From positions 1 through 31,399 of IMG/VR virus record IMGVR_UViG_3300020043_003990: 31,399 bases of DNA. One strand, written 5' to 3'. Positions 1 to 9,259 of the stretch are shown one piece after another. A program made the translations under genes and the position numbers. The stretch's first letter is position 1, and each line of letters opens with the position of its first letter. The DNA is from a virus. Its lineage: Duplodnaviria > Caudoviricetes. The notes beneath the pieces are model-generated. The model was given only the letters and a program-made list of their open reading frames with translations, ran no database searches and had not been told where the DNA came from.

Positions 1-2
1 AG

Positions 3-287
3 GGTAAAATCTATACAAAAGGCACAAAACCAGCTAGCTATAAACGCAGGATGTTAAGAAAAGGGTATTGGGCAGTATAAATAACAAATCACCCATTTTG
101 AAATAAGCAGGGGTATGTAAAAGAACATAGATATATCATGGAAAAGGCGCTTGGCAGATATCTTGAGGTAAGTGAAATAGTGCATCATGTAAATTGTATA
201 AAAACAGACAACAGAATTAGCAACTTAAAACTGCTTAGCAGTAATGCTGAACATAGGGCTTTGCATAAAAAAAATGCTAATGCCTAA
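3..287 (+). pseudogene. HNH homing endonuclease, 5'-truncated by the window, with two in-frame stops (TAA 78-80, TGA 99-101)
   Basis: Frame 3 reads [54 protein letters not shown], the typical GY..EHR..ME..LGR.L...E.VHH.N..K.DNR..NL HNH pattern; not in the ORF track. Confidence 0.75.
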
Positions 288-1125
288 AATTCACATCGCT
301 AAGTACGAGCCAAACCGTTTAGGTGGTGGCTGGACTTGGGCGCGAGAGTTTGCCAAAGGCATCGGCGGCAGGTTAGGGAGCTATGAAGAGAGCCAAGTCT
401 ATGTCATTCCTAGCCCTTCTATGGTGGAACGCGAAGAAGTAAATCGAGCGAAGGCTGACGGCAAGTTTATTATCTTACGGCTCGATAACATTATTCGTAA
501 CTCTCGCAACCGCAATACTGGCATGAGCCGCATGAAGGACTTTGCACTTATGGCTGATGTGGTAGTGTATCAAAGCGAGTTCGCTAAAGACTTACTTGCT
601 GGCTGGGTTGTACCGAAACAGTGGGCGGTAATACATAACGGTTGCGACTTATCTATCTTCAACGACAGTAATCGGCACGAGTCGCCAGTCCAGAGATTTC
701 TCTACTCGCGTTTCAATCGCGATGAAACAAAGAATTGGGAAATGGCTCGGTATATTTATGAGCGAGAGTATCGCTTAGAACAAGACTCGCTCCTAACTAT
801 TATCGGACAGTTCTCTGATGAGCTACGGGAGTATAACTTTGACTTCTATCGCAATGAGAAGTTTCAATACTTGGGCGTAGTGCAAGATCCTCGCGCGCTC
901 GCGGATATTTATAAGAACACCGACCAGCTTATTTATACGTATTTTAATGACGCTTGCTCTAATACCCTTATCGAAGCTCTATGTTGTGGCTGTGAGATAC
1001 TCGATCCGTATAATATGGCGAACACTGGCGGCTCGTATGAGATTATGCAGATGTTTGATGAGCATGGCGCACATTACTTTGATAGCAATAGAATGGTAAA
1101 AGAATATCTGGAGATGTTAGCATGA
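274..1125 (+). CDS. Glycosyltransferase, GT-B fold (GT4-like)
   Basis: [21 protein letters not shown] and [19 protein letters not shown] (D/E-x7-E motif); start probably ATG 274 or 280 rather than 244. Confidence 0.85.
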   Translation: MLMPKIHIAKYEPNRLGGGWTWAREFAKGIGGRLGSYEESQVYVIPSPSMVEREEVNRAKADGKFIILRLDNIIRNSRNRNTGMSRMKDFALMADVVVYQSEFAKDLLAGWVVPKQWAVIHNGCDLSIFNDSNRHESPVQRFLYSRFNRDETKNWEMARYIYEREYRLEQDSLLTIIGQFSDELREYNFDFYRNEKFQYLGVVQDPRALADIYKNTDQLIYTYFNDACSNTLIEALCCGCEILDPYNMANTGGSYEIMQMFDEHGAHYFDSNRMVKEYLEMLA

Positions 1126-1691
1126 GTAGTTCGTACCGAGAGAGCTTAAATACCTGGCTAAGAGAGCATGAAGTAAAAGCTGGAACAGTCTATGACGTTG
1201 GCGGATCACAAGAGCAATTAGAACGCCGCGTAAAGAGCTGGGAAGTAAGCGAGTATGTAATCTTTGACTTGCCTAGTCCGCATAAGGGAAAGAAGCCTGA
1301 TGTGGCAGTAGATATAAACTTGCACGCTCCAATCTTAGATGGCTATAAAGGCATGGCTGATGCGGTGTATTGCTTAGAAGTATTTGAGTATGTATATGAT
1401 CCTGTGCGGGCGATGAAAAACCTCGCGAGCATTCTTAAGCCAACAGGCAGGATCTTCGCCAGCTTTCCCTTTTACTACCCAGTCCATCAGCCTATCGAGC
1501 AGGACTACTTGCGCTATACGCTTGCTGGTATTAAGAAATATGCCGAGCTTGCACACTTAAAAGTTGTGAATGTTACGCAGCGCAAACCTGATAGCTATGG
1601 GCTTTTACATTTTAATAGCGTGGAACGCTTGCGTGGCGCGAAAGAGTATGACCATAATACACTTGGATATATTTGCACCTTTACTAAGTAA
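1122..1691 (+). CDS. Class I SAM-dependent methyltransferase
   Basis: VYDVGG motif I, DAVYCLEVFEYVYDP, LASILKPTG, PFYYPVH..DYLRYT as in glycan-cluster methyltransferases; ATGA-coupled to the upstream gene. Confidence 0.85.
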   Translation: MSSSYRESLNTWLREHEVKAGTVYDVGGSQEQLERRVKSWEVSEYVIFDLPSPHKGKKPDVAVDINLHAPILDGYKGMADAVYCLEVFEYVYDPVRAMKNLASILKPTGRIFASFPFYYPVHQPIEQDYLRYTLAGIKKYAELAHLKVVNVTQRKPDSYGLLHFNSVERLRGAKEYDHNTLGYICTFTK

Positions 1692-1715
1692 CTATGATGG
1701 ATATATACTTAATTT

Positions 1716-2267
1716 ATGAAAGAAAGAAAATGCGAGGTTTGTGGTAGCATGTTCTTAAAATATACTGGCAAGACATGCTCGAGTCAGTGCTTCTCTGAGA
1801 TTATGAGAAAGCACTCTACTGGCGTTAAAAAAACCCCAGAGACACTAGAAAAGCTTAAAAATGCTCTACCAAGAGGCGCTAAGCACCACGCATGGAAAGG
1901 TGGCAAAACCGTCAATGATCGGGGATATGTTTTAGTTAAAGAGCAAGACAGTAAAAAGTATGTTAGAGAGCATAGAGTGATAGTAGAGCGCGCACTTGGC
2001 AGAAAGTTAAGTAGCTCAGAGCATATACATCATATAGATGGTGATAAGAAAAATAACAAACTTGATAATCTAATGGTGGTGAGTAGAGAGCAGCACATGG
2101 CTATCCATAAGAAACCAGTCAATCAAAAAACAACCGCAAAAAACGGTACATGGTTTATAGTCGAATGTAATAACTGCAAAAAAATATTTGAAGTGCCTGG
2201 TTTTCAGTTTCGCGCAGGGCATGGCAAGTATTGCTCGCGTAAGTGTATAGTGGAGTTCGCAAAGTGA
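1716..2267 (+). CDS. HNH homing endonuclease with Cys-rich Zn-binding ends
   Basis: WKGG..GYV..EHRVIVERALGRKLSSSEHIHHIDGDKKNNKLDNL; CxxC...CSxxC at both termini. Confidence 0.9.
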   Translation: MKERKCEVCGSMFLKYTGKTCSSQCFSEIMRKHSTGVKKTPETLEKLKNALPRGAKHHAWKGGKTVNDRGYVLVKEQDSKKYVREHRVIVERALGRKLSSSEHIHHIDGDKKNNKLDNLMVVSREQHMAIHKKPVNQKTTAKNGTWFIVECNNCKKIFEVPGFQFRAGHGKYCSRKCIVEFAK

Positions 2268-2821
2268 AATATATATTTATTGACTTAGGTGCTTATGACG
2301 GCGACTCAATTCAATACTTTCTTACTAAGGCTCAAGACTTACCAGCGCCCGCCAGCAAGTTTGCTATATACGCCTTCGAGCCAAACCCGAAGTTTTTTAT
2401 GAAGCTCAACGAGCTGATGGACACCACACCGCAGATAAAACAGATAAGCAATCAGGCAGCATGGATTGAGGACGGTGAAATGGAGTTTGCAGTAGATCAG
2501 GCTGCTGATCCTATGGGGTCTACACTTATGAAGGGGAAGCAAGAAATTTGGGGTAAGAGTAAAATACAAACCATGCAGACTTTTGATTTTACTGAATGGG
2601 TGCAGCAATTCGAGAAGCAGTATGTGATTGTGAAGTCAGATACTGAAGGCGCAGAGTTTCCAATTTTTAATAAAATGCTAAATGACAAAACCATTGGCGT
2701 AATCAACGAGCTGTGGTGCGAATTTCACCCGAATAAAGTCCGCGAGTATACTACGACTGATAAAAATGAGCTTATGGCAGCCATACGTGGCGCAGGCGTA
2801 AAACTCGTGGAGTGGCACTAA
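2264..2821 (+). CDS. FkbM-family methyltransferase
   Basis: IFIDLGAYDGDS, IYAFEPNP, IVKSDTEGAE, ELWCEFH; GTG 2264 overlaps the HNH TGA. Confidence 0.85.
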   Translation: MKYIFIDLGAYDGDSIQYFLTKAQDLPAPASKFAIYAFEPNPKFFMKLNELMDTTPQIKQISNQAAWIEDGEMEFAVDQAADPMGSTLMKGKQEIWGKSKIQTMQTFDFTEWVQQFEKQYVIVKSDTEGAEFPIFNKMLNDKTIGVINELWCEFHPNKVREYTTTDKNELMAAIRGAGVKLVEWH

Positions 2822-4380
2822 TGATAAAAATACTTGCTGTAACCGATAAAGAGAATACCGCGATAGATCGGCTCGCTACTGGCGTAGCTCCATACATGAA
2901 TGGTTACGATTACAAAGTGATAGCTATTCACCCGAAGCGCCCAAGCCAAGAGGACATCGCAATCTTTGTGCAATTAGCTTCGCAAGCAGATATTATTGAC
3001 TATCATTATTTTAGAACTGCAGAGATGTTACGCACTCACTTGCCAGAGCTGAAGGACAAGCCAAGCATTCTACGGCACTTCAATCCGTATTCTATCGAAG
3101 GAGATTGGAGTGGGTACGATTATATCGTAGCGTGCAATAAGAGTATTGAAGCGGATTTGAAGCGTGGCTATAAGAATGTTTTGTTTCACCCAATCACTCG
3201 CAATCCTAAAAACTATACATTCCGAGAAGAAGCTACGAGCCACGATACTGTTCTCATGGTAGCAAACCGCATAGAAGCCAAGAAGGGCATTCTCGAAGTA
3301 GCGCAAGCGTGCCAAGAACTGAATGTGAGCTTTCACTTAGTTGGAAACATATCTGATCCAGCTTACTTTGCTCAAGTTGCAGCGTGCCGCACAACTACCT
3401 TCTCTCAAGATATATCTGACGAGGCGCTTGCTAAGGCGTATTCAGAAGCTACGCTGCACGTATGCAATAGCCAGGACAACTTCGAGAGCGGCACAATGCC
3501 AATCTTAGAAGCTATGTTCTCGGGCGTGCCTGTTCTCTCGCGCAATGTTGGACACGTACCAGATTTATACAATGGCGAAAATCTTATTCTTAATCCGAAT
3601 GAAAAAGAAGATGTGGACGCACTCGCCAAGCTTATATTTAAGGCGCTTGCAGATAAGAAAGCCCTGCATGATATCGCTCAAAAGGCATGGCAAACCGTAA
3701 AGAGCTATACTGACCAGCGCAGGGCTTGGCTTTACAAGAAACTGTATCGACAAATGCAGTCAGAAGAAACTCCTGTGAGTGTAATTGTGCCTACTGCTTC
3801 GGATCCGCGCACGCTTCTCGCTTGCCTGGTAGCAATAGAAAACCAGACGTATAAGAATATAGAGATTATTGTAGCTGATGACGGCAATGAGCCAGATATT
3901 AAAAAGCTTGTAGATGAATTCAGGGGAATGACGGCGAAGCCTGTCGTATACCTGAATAGCTTTGGAGATGACTATGGACTCGCCCGCGCCCGCAATCTGG
4001 GCATTATTGAAGCGACTGGAGATATATTGGTGTTCGATGACCAGCGCCAAGTTATGCACGTTGAAGCAATAGCCGAGTTTGTCGCTCACGCTGCACCGAA
4101 GCAATGGTTGTATGGCAATAAGGGCGGCAAGAAAGACTTCGTGGAAAACTTTAGTTGTATCTATCGCGCAGAGATTATTCAGATGGGTATGTTCTCGGAG
4201 CGCTGCACACTCTACGGATCTTTATCGCAAGAGGTGAGAGCAAGAAGCAGAGCGCAAGGCTTTACGCATACGTATATTGAAACAGCTAAGGCTGACGCAG
4301 CTAAGAAGTCCAGCAATAAATATACCAAGCGCCAAGAGATTATTGAGAGCAAAGATATGCTTTATAAAATGGGGTTATAA
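2821..4380 (+). CDS. Bifunctional glycosyltransferase: N-terminal GT4-like plus C-terminal GT2-like domain
   Basis: NRIEAKKG and FESGTMPILEAMFSGVPV (GT-B), then VSVIVPT..QTYKNIEIIVADDG..ARARNLGIIEATGDILVFDD (GT-A); TAATG coupling at 2819-2823. Confidence 0.9.
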   Translation: MIKILAVTDKENTAIDRLATGVAPYMNGYDYKVIAIHPKRPSQEDIAIFVQLASQADIIDYHYFRTAEMLRTHLPELKDKPSILRHFNPYSIEGDWSGYDYIVACNKSIEADLKRGYKNVLFHPITRNPKNYTFREEATSHDTVLMVANRIEAKKGILEVAQACQELNVSFHLVGNISDPAYFAQVAACRTTTFSQDISDEALAKAYSEATLHVCNSQDNFESGTMPILEAMFSGVPVLSRNVGHVPDLYNGENLILNPNEKEDVDALAKLIFKALADKKALHDIAQKAWQTVKSYTDQRRAWLYKKLYRQMQSEETPVSVIVPTASDPRTLLACLVAIENQTYKNIEIIVADDGNEPDIKKLVDEFRGMTAKPVVYLNSFGDDYGLARARNLGIIEATGDILVFDDQRQVMHVEAIAEFVAHAAPKQWLYGNKGGKKDFVENFSCIYRAEIIQMGMFSERCTLYGSLSQEVRARSRAQGFTHTYIETAKADAAKKSSNKYTKRQEIIESKDMLYKMGL

Positions 4381-4381
4381 C

Positions 4382-5437
4382 ATGAGCAAGCTACGCGTAT
4401 TTGGCATACTAAATCACTTAGGCAATAACTATGAGCAGCTTAAGCTCGCTGAGAACTATGATGTTGAGTTTACCTATCTGCAAAACAATGTAAGGCGCTG
4501 GGGTCGTAATTCGCATAGGCAGCAGCCAGACCATCTGAACTGGGCAAGCTATTACGAGCCAGGCAAGTATGACGTGGCTATTCTCTCGGTAGACCAGCAA
4601 TGTGTTGATCCGCAAATTGGCAAAGGGCATCTCTATCGGCATTTGAACGAAGTAATCCAGGACATTCCGAAGGTTGTGATAAATCATGGAACGCCTATGT
4701 GGGACGAGCGCTACACAGAAGATATTGTAATCAACGGCGGTGAGATACTGGACTCGAAGGGCAAGCCTCGCCACATAGACGGCATGAAGCAACTCGTGGG
4801 CGATAACTTTATGATTGTGAATAGTTACGAAAGCGTAAACCGTTGGGGGTGGGGATACCCGCTTATACATGGCATGACGCAAAATGATTGGCTCGACCTG
4901 CCTAAAGAGCCGCTTGTCGTGCTTCCCCTCTCCCCTGCTGGACTAGATAAGTATTATAATCGGCAGCTTATCTCCCACATTAAGGAAGGACTGCCAGACC
5001 GCGTAGGCTTAGAAGTGCTGCACACGAACGTAAACTATGCCGTAGTGGATTGGCAGGACTATAAGGAAACAATCGGGCGGGCGCTCGTAACTATCTTCCC
5101 CTTCAAGGACTCACCTATGCCTAGAAGCCGTACTGAAGCTATGCTCTCTGGCTCATGTGTACTATCAAGCCGTTATCATAATGCAGATGAATTTATTAAA
5201 ACAGGTAAGAATGGCTTTATTATGCCCGATAATCCTTTGAGTTACATCGAAACTATAGACCAACTTGTAAATCATAATTTCCGAGAAGCAGAACTTATTG
5301 GACAAGCAGGAAAGAAAACTGCACTAGAGTACTTTACCGAAGAACGCTATCAGGCTGACTTATACGAGATCCTTACAAAAATAGCGGCAGGAGAGCGCCC
5401 AGAGTGGAGTGGTAAAAAGATATGGAGTCAGGCATGA
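4382..5437 (+). CDS. Glycosyltransferase, GT-B fold (GT4-like)
   Basis: DSPMPRSRTEAMLSGSCVLS..FIKTGKNGF..IGQAGKKTALEYF; likely start ATG 4382 just after the previous stop. Confidence 0.8.
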   Translation: MSKLRVFGILNHLGNNYEQLKLAENYDVEFTYLQNNVRRWGRNSHRQQPDHLNWASYYEPGKYDVAILSVDQQCVDPQIGKGHLYRHLNEVIQDIPKVVINHGTPMWDERYTEDIVINGGEILDSKGKPRHIDGMKQLVGDNFMIVNSYESVNRWGWGYPLIHGMTQNDWLDLPKEPLVVLPLSPAGLDKYYNRQLISHIKEGLPDRVGLEVLHTNVNYAVVDWQDYKETIGRALVTIFPFKDSPMPRSRTEAMLSGSCVLSSRYHNADEFIKTGKNGFIMPDNPLSYIETIDQLVNHNFREAELIGQAGKKTALEYFTEERYQADLYEILTKIAAGERPEWSGKKIWSQA

Positions 5438-5814
5438 CTTTTGTAAAAAATGAGTTTACAAAGTATAAAATGATAGACGGCAAGTGGCACAAGAGCCAGT
5501 GCTTAGATTGCGGAGTTTGGAGATTATCTCATATACCAGGTAAATGCCATACTTGTACGTGGAAGAATAGAAGAAATCCAAAAATAGCTCATGGAAAGGC
5601 AATCCCACAATATAGCCAGGTACACTGGCAAATGCAAAAAAAGTATGGGAAACCAACTATATGTGAAAAATGTGGGTTTACCCACGATAATACCAGACGC
5701 TTTCACTGGGCTAATCTGAGTGGTGAATATACTCTTGACCGTTCAGATTGGCTCAGGCTATGTGTTAGCTGCCATAAGCGAATGGATAATAAGCGAAAGG
5801 GGGTGAAAGTATGA
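5434..5814 (+). CDS. HNH-like endonuclease
   Basis: VHWQMQKKYGKPTICEKCG..HWANLSGEY..DWLRLCVSCHKRMD; ATGA overlaps at both ends. Confidence 0.75.
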   Translation: MTFVKNEFTKYKMIDGKWHKSQCLDCGVWRLSHIPGKCHTCTWKNRRNPKIAHGKAIPQYSQVHWQMQKKYGKPTICEKCGFTHDNTRRFHWANLSGEYTLDRSDWLRLCVSCHKRMDNKRKGVKV

Positions 5815-6669
5815 AGTCGATAGCGGCATTCACTTTCGAGCAGTTTCCACAATAAAAAGAACATTGGCTCTACAAAGATACGCATTAAAAACCTTATGAA
5901 GTACTGGCCTGAAATGCACCTATATAAATACGGTGAGAAGCCTGACGCGATGATATTCCAGAAAGTATATCGCTCGGGCGAGACATTCCGTTCGGCTGCC
6001 TATACCTTGCCTGGCGAAATGGGAGTGCCAAGTATCTTAGATATCTGCGATGCTGATTGGCTAGGCCAGGGCGCAATAACAAAGGCGTGCTTCATTACCG
6101 AAACAGCTCGCATGGTGGACGCAGTTGTAACCAGCACCGAAGCGCTCGCGGAGTTTATTCGGCAACTGACTGACAAGCCCGTACTTTGTATTCCAGACCG
6201 CTTCGTAATTGAGGACTTTCCAACAATCAAACACCACACCACCCCGCTCAAAAAAGCCGTATGGTTTGGCTATTCGCATAATGCTGAACTCTTACGTTAT
6301 GCGATCCCCGCAATCGAAAGGCACAAGCTCGACTTCACGATTATAAGCAATGACGATCCGCGCTTACCGTTCGAGTATGACTTCAAGCTTTGGAATAATG
6401 CGAATGCGTATGACATTATTCAGCAGCACGACATCGCAATTCTGCCAAAAGGTACTCGCCCGCAAGACAGATTTAAGAGCAACAACCGACCAGTGCAAAG
6501 TATTCTCTGTGGCGTGCCAGTGGCAACGACTGCCGATGAAGTTGAGCGCTATGAGAGCGCTTCGGAGCGTAATAAAAGTGTGCTTCCGCTATGGCAGTTG
6601 TACCGTAAAGAGTATGATGTGCGAAAGAGCGTAGACGAATATAGGGACTTAATTGGGAGTATATTATAA
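5811..6669 (+). CDS. Glycosyltransferase-like protein (GT-B) with a +1 frameshift near 5844-5848
   Basis: ATG 5811 gives MKSIAAFTFEQF then stops at 5853; the +1 frame continues HNKKNIGSTKIRIKNLMKYWPE...ILDICD..DAVVTSTEALA..VWFGYSHN..DIAILP..FKSNNR..CGVPV. Confidence 0.7.
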
Positions 6670-6834
6670 AACAATGAGTAACCGAACACTTTCGCTATTT
6701 GTTCCCCTTCCCCATACCGAAAATGGCTATACCTGTAAAACCGAACATATAGCACTCCCCTACCGCACTCTACAGGTTAGAAATAAAAAAAGTGGTATAT
6801 ACACTGGAGTGGGGGAGTGGTACAATAAGCTCAA

Positions 6835-7242
6835 ATGTACGAACACCCATCATGTAAGAAATGTAGCCGAAAGCTTACTGGTAAGCAGACTTCTTTTTGC
6901 TCTGAAAAGTGTTCAAAATCTTATCTCAAAGCTGAGTATCGAAAGCGTAACCGAGCCAAGCTTAACGCCTACAATTCAGAGTATCGCCGCAAACGACCAG
7001 ACGTTATTGCAGAGCAGAAAAGGCGATATAGAGAACGCAAGAAGATTGCCCTTAGTATGTCAGAGCTTCCATGCAATCGTTGTGCCAGCACAGAGGATTT
7101 GCACATGCACCACGTAAGACCAAGACAGCTTAGTGGTGAAGATACGCCATCAAACATTATGATTCTTTGTGGTGAATGTCATCGTGATTGGCACTATGCG
7201 CTAGACACAGTGGTTAATAATTATTGGAAAGGGAAAATATGA
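6835..7242 (+). CDS. HNH endonuclease upstream of the terminase genes
   Basis: CNRCASTEDLHMHHVRPRQLSGEDTPSNIMILCGECHRDWH; N-terminal CxxC..FCSEKC and a basic helix. Confidence 0.88.
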   Translation: MYEHPSCKKCSRKLTGKQTSFCSEKCSKSYLKAEYRKRNRAKLNAYNSEYRRKRPDVIAEQKRRYRERKKIALSMSELPCNRCASTEDLHMHHVRPRQLSGEDTPSNIMILCGECHRDWHYALDTVVNNYWKGKI

Positions 7243-7406
7243 GTAATCATTTTGTAGCAGAGATAAAGCGAACGAGCCAAAGAAAATCATCTTCTCTCGA
7301 CAACATTTACCAACTTGTTTTAGAGACATCAGACCCGCGAATACTTGACTTTGGTAAGCTTCCGCCAGACACTACGATAAAGGTAACGATTGAAATAAAT
7401 GAGTAG
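7239..7406 (+). CDS. Small hypothetical protein (55 aa)
   Basis: ATGA-coupled to the HNH and overlapping the TerS start; fills the operon gap. Confidence 0.6.
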   Translation: MSNHFVAEIKRTSQRKSSSLDNIYQLVLETSDPRILDFGKLPPDTTIKVTIEINE

Positions 7407-7797
7407 ACAAACTTCTGAAGATATAGCCAAGCTAAAAGATGATTACGTTGAGTACTTCAAAGACGTGCCAGTTCAAAAGTATGCGGCTATGGCTATTGGG
7501 AGAGATGAAAAAACTATCATTCGTTGGCGCAACGAAGATACAGATTTTGCGAATAGAGTAGACCAGGCGCGTTCTGCTTGGGTTCGCAAAAAGGTGAATA
7601 AGACTCGAGCCGAGTTTGCCTTAGAGAGATTAGAGAAAGACATATTCAGTGAGAAAAAGATTATAGAGGGCGGCGATAACCCGATCCGTATATTGCTACA
7701 AGCCTATGGTATAGATCCAGTGAAGATTAGCGAGGGAGAGATAGATGACGGACAAAATGATGGTGCTATTTCAGAAGCACCTACTAGCGAAGCATAA
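7399..7797 (+). CDS. terS: Terminase small subunit (putative)
   Basis: HTH-like AAMAIGRDEKTIIRWRNEDTDFA; directly upstream of TerL. Confidence 0.75.
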   Translation: MSRQTSEDIAKLKDDYVEYFKDVPVQKYAAMAIGRDEKTIIRWRNEDTDFANRVDQARSAWVRKKVNKTRAEFALERLEKDIFSEKKIIEGGDNPIRILLQAYGIDPVKISEGEIDDGQNDGAISEAPTSEA

Positions 7798-9259
7798 TCT
7801 CGTACTCTACCCGTATCAGCTTACCCTGGCGCGTAAGATATTCTCCGCACTTATTACTAACCTTCAGTTAACCATTCACGCTACCGAAGAGGATATTAAG
7901 AAGCTCAAGCCGATAGAGATACACGCTGAGTTTTCGCGGCAGTCAGGTAAGACTACAGCAGTGGTACATACCATCGAGTTTATAATGCTATTCTTCACCG
8001 AAGCTTTTAGTAGACCAATCAATATAGCTATCTTCGCACCACAGGCCGAGCAAGCTAAGACTGACTTTGACCGCTTGAAGCTTGCCCTGCGTAAGACTGA
8101 AGCCGACCTACAGACCTATGAGGGCGCTGATGCTGAACGTTATGCTAAAGAGGAGAGTAACGCTAAGACGCTTGTATTACCCAACGGCACAAGCTGCTAC
8201 ATCTTCCCCGTCAGTAAAACCAGCAAGCCCGAAAGTAAAACGCTGCACCTGATTATCTTCGAGGAGAGCCAGGACTTACCCGATCAGATTGTGAAAGAGC
8301 AGATACTCCCTATGCGCGCAAGTACGAATGCGCCTGTTATTTGGATTGGTACGGCTGGCACTCGGATCTGCAACTTCTATCGCTTAGGACAGGGCGCAGA
8401 CGCAAACAAGCTCTATTTCGACAAGATAGCTGAACAACGCCGCACCGTATACGACCTAACAGGGGATCCGTTGCACTTAATTTATGAACAAACTATTAAG
8501 GGGGAGATAGAAAAGTACGGACTTGAGAGCGATGAGATACAGCGCCCTTACTTCGGCAAGTGGCTTATCGGTACAGGGCAATTCACTACAGCAGAGGAGC
8601 TGGACGCTATAACCAGCGACAGAGGGCGTACACATCACGAAAAGAAGCACGAATGTTATGCGGGCATAGACACCGCTAAGCACCCAGACAGCACGATTGT
8701 AACGATACTGCGCTGGAACGCTGAACTGAACGTAAAAGAACTCATCAACTGGCTAGAGCTACGCGGGGAGAACTATAAAGACCAATTCGATATTATTACG
8801 GACTTCTTAAGCCGCTACAACATTCGCGCGCTCGCGATAGACTCAACAGGACAGGGCGACTTCATGCCCGATATGTTCGAGCGTGAAACTAACTTTATGG
8901 ACGAGAACAATGGACTGTATCGCATGAAGTTTTCAGCAGTAAGCAAAGACATAATGTATAAAAATCTAAAAGTAAGTATTCAGCAGTTATTGACTACGCT
9001 GCCAAAGAACAGTACAAAGGAGTCAGAGAAGTTTCGACAACAAATGTTGGATCTCCAGCAAGAGTATCGAGGACAACTCTTATCAGTACATCACCCAGAT
9101 GACCCGAACGCGCACGATGATTATGCGGACAGTTGGGCGCTCGCTGAGTACGCTTATGCCAAAGAACAAGAACGGAGTATAGCCAACCTCACAGTTGTCG
9201 AAACAAGCCATGTGGAAAAATCTCATAAATCTGATTTCTTCAACGAACAGTGGGAGTAG
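7745..9259 (+). CDS. terL: Terminase large subunit
   Basis: LYPYQ adenine-binding motif, Walker A SRQSGKT, Walker B LIIFEES, motif III GTA, nuclease GIDTAK / AIDSTGQG / HDDYADS. Confidence 0.95.
   Translation: MTDKMMVLFQKHLLAKHNLVLYPYQLTLARKIFSALITNLQLTIHATEEDIKKLKPIEIHAEFSRQSGKTTAVVHTIEFIMLFFTEAFSRPINIAIFAPQAEQAKTDFDRLKLALRKTEADLQTYEGADAERYAKEESNAKTLVLPNGTSCYIFPVSKTSKPESKTLHLIIFEESQDLPDQIVKEQILPMRASTNAPVIWIGTAGTRICNFYRLGQGADANKLYFDKIAEQRRTVYDLTGDPLHLIYEQTIKGEIEKYGLESDEIQRPYFGKWLIGTGQFTTAEELDAITSDRGRTHHEKKHECYAGIDTAKHPDSTIVTILRWNAELNVKELINWLELRGENYKDQFDIITDFLSRYNIRALAIDSTGQGDFMPDMFERETNFMDENNGLYRMKFSAVSKDIMYKNLKVSIQQLLTTLPKNSTKESEKFRQQMLDLQQEYRGQLLSVHHPDDPNAHDDYADSWALAEYAYAKEQERSIANLTVVETSHVEKSHKSDFFNEQWE

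Noticed and set aside
6670-6790. CRISPR- or TIGR-like mini-array (repeated ACCG cores)
   Set aside because: Irregular spacing, no constant repeat-spacer period, and no Cas or Nop-domain protein recognised
6653-7117. 154-aa + strand ORF
   Set aside because: Overlaps the clear HNH gene in another frame and has no recognisable motif
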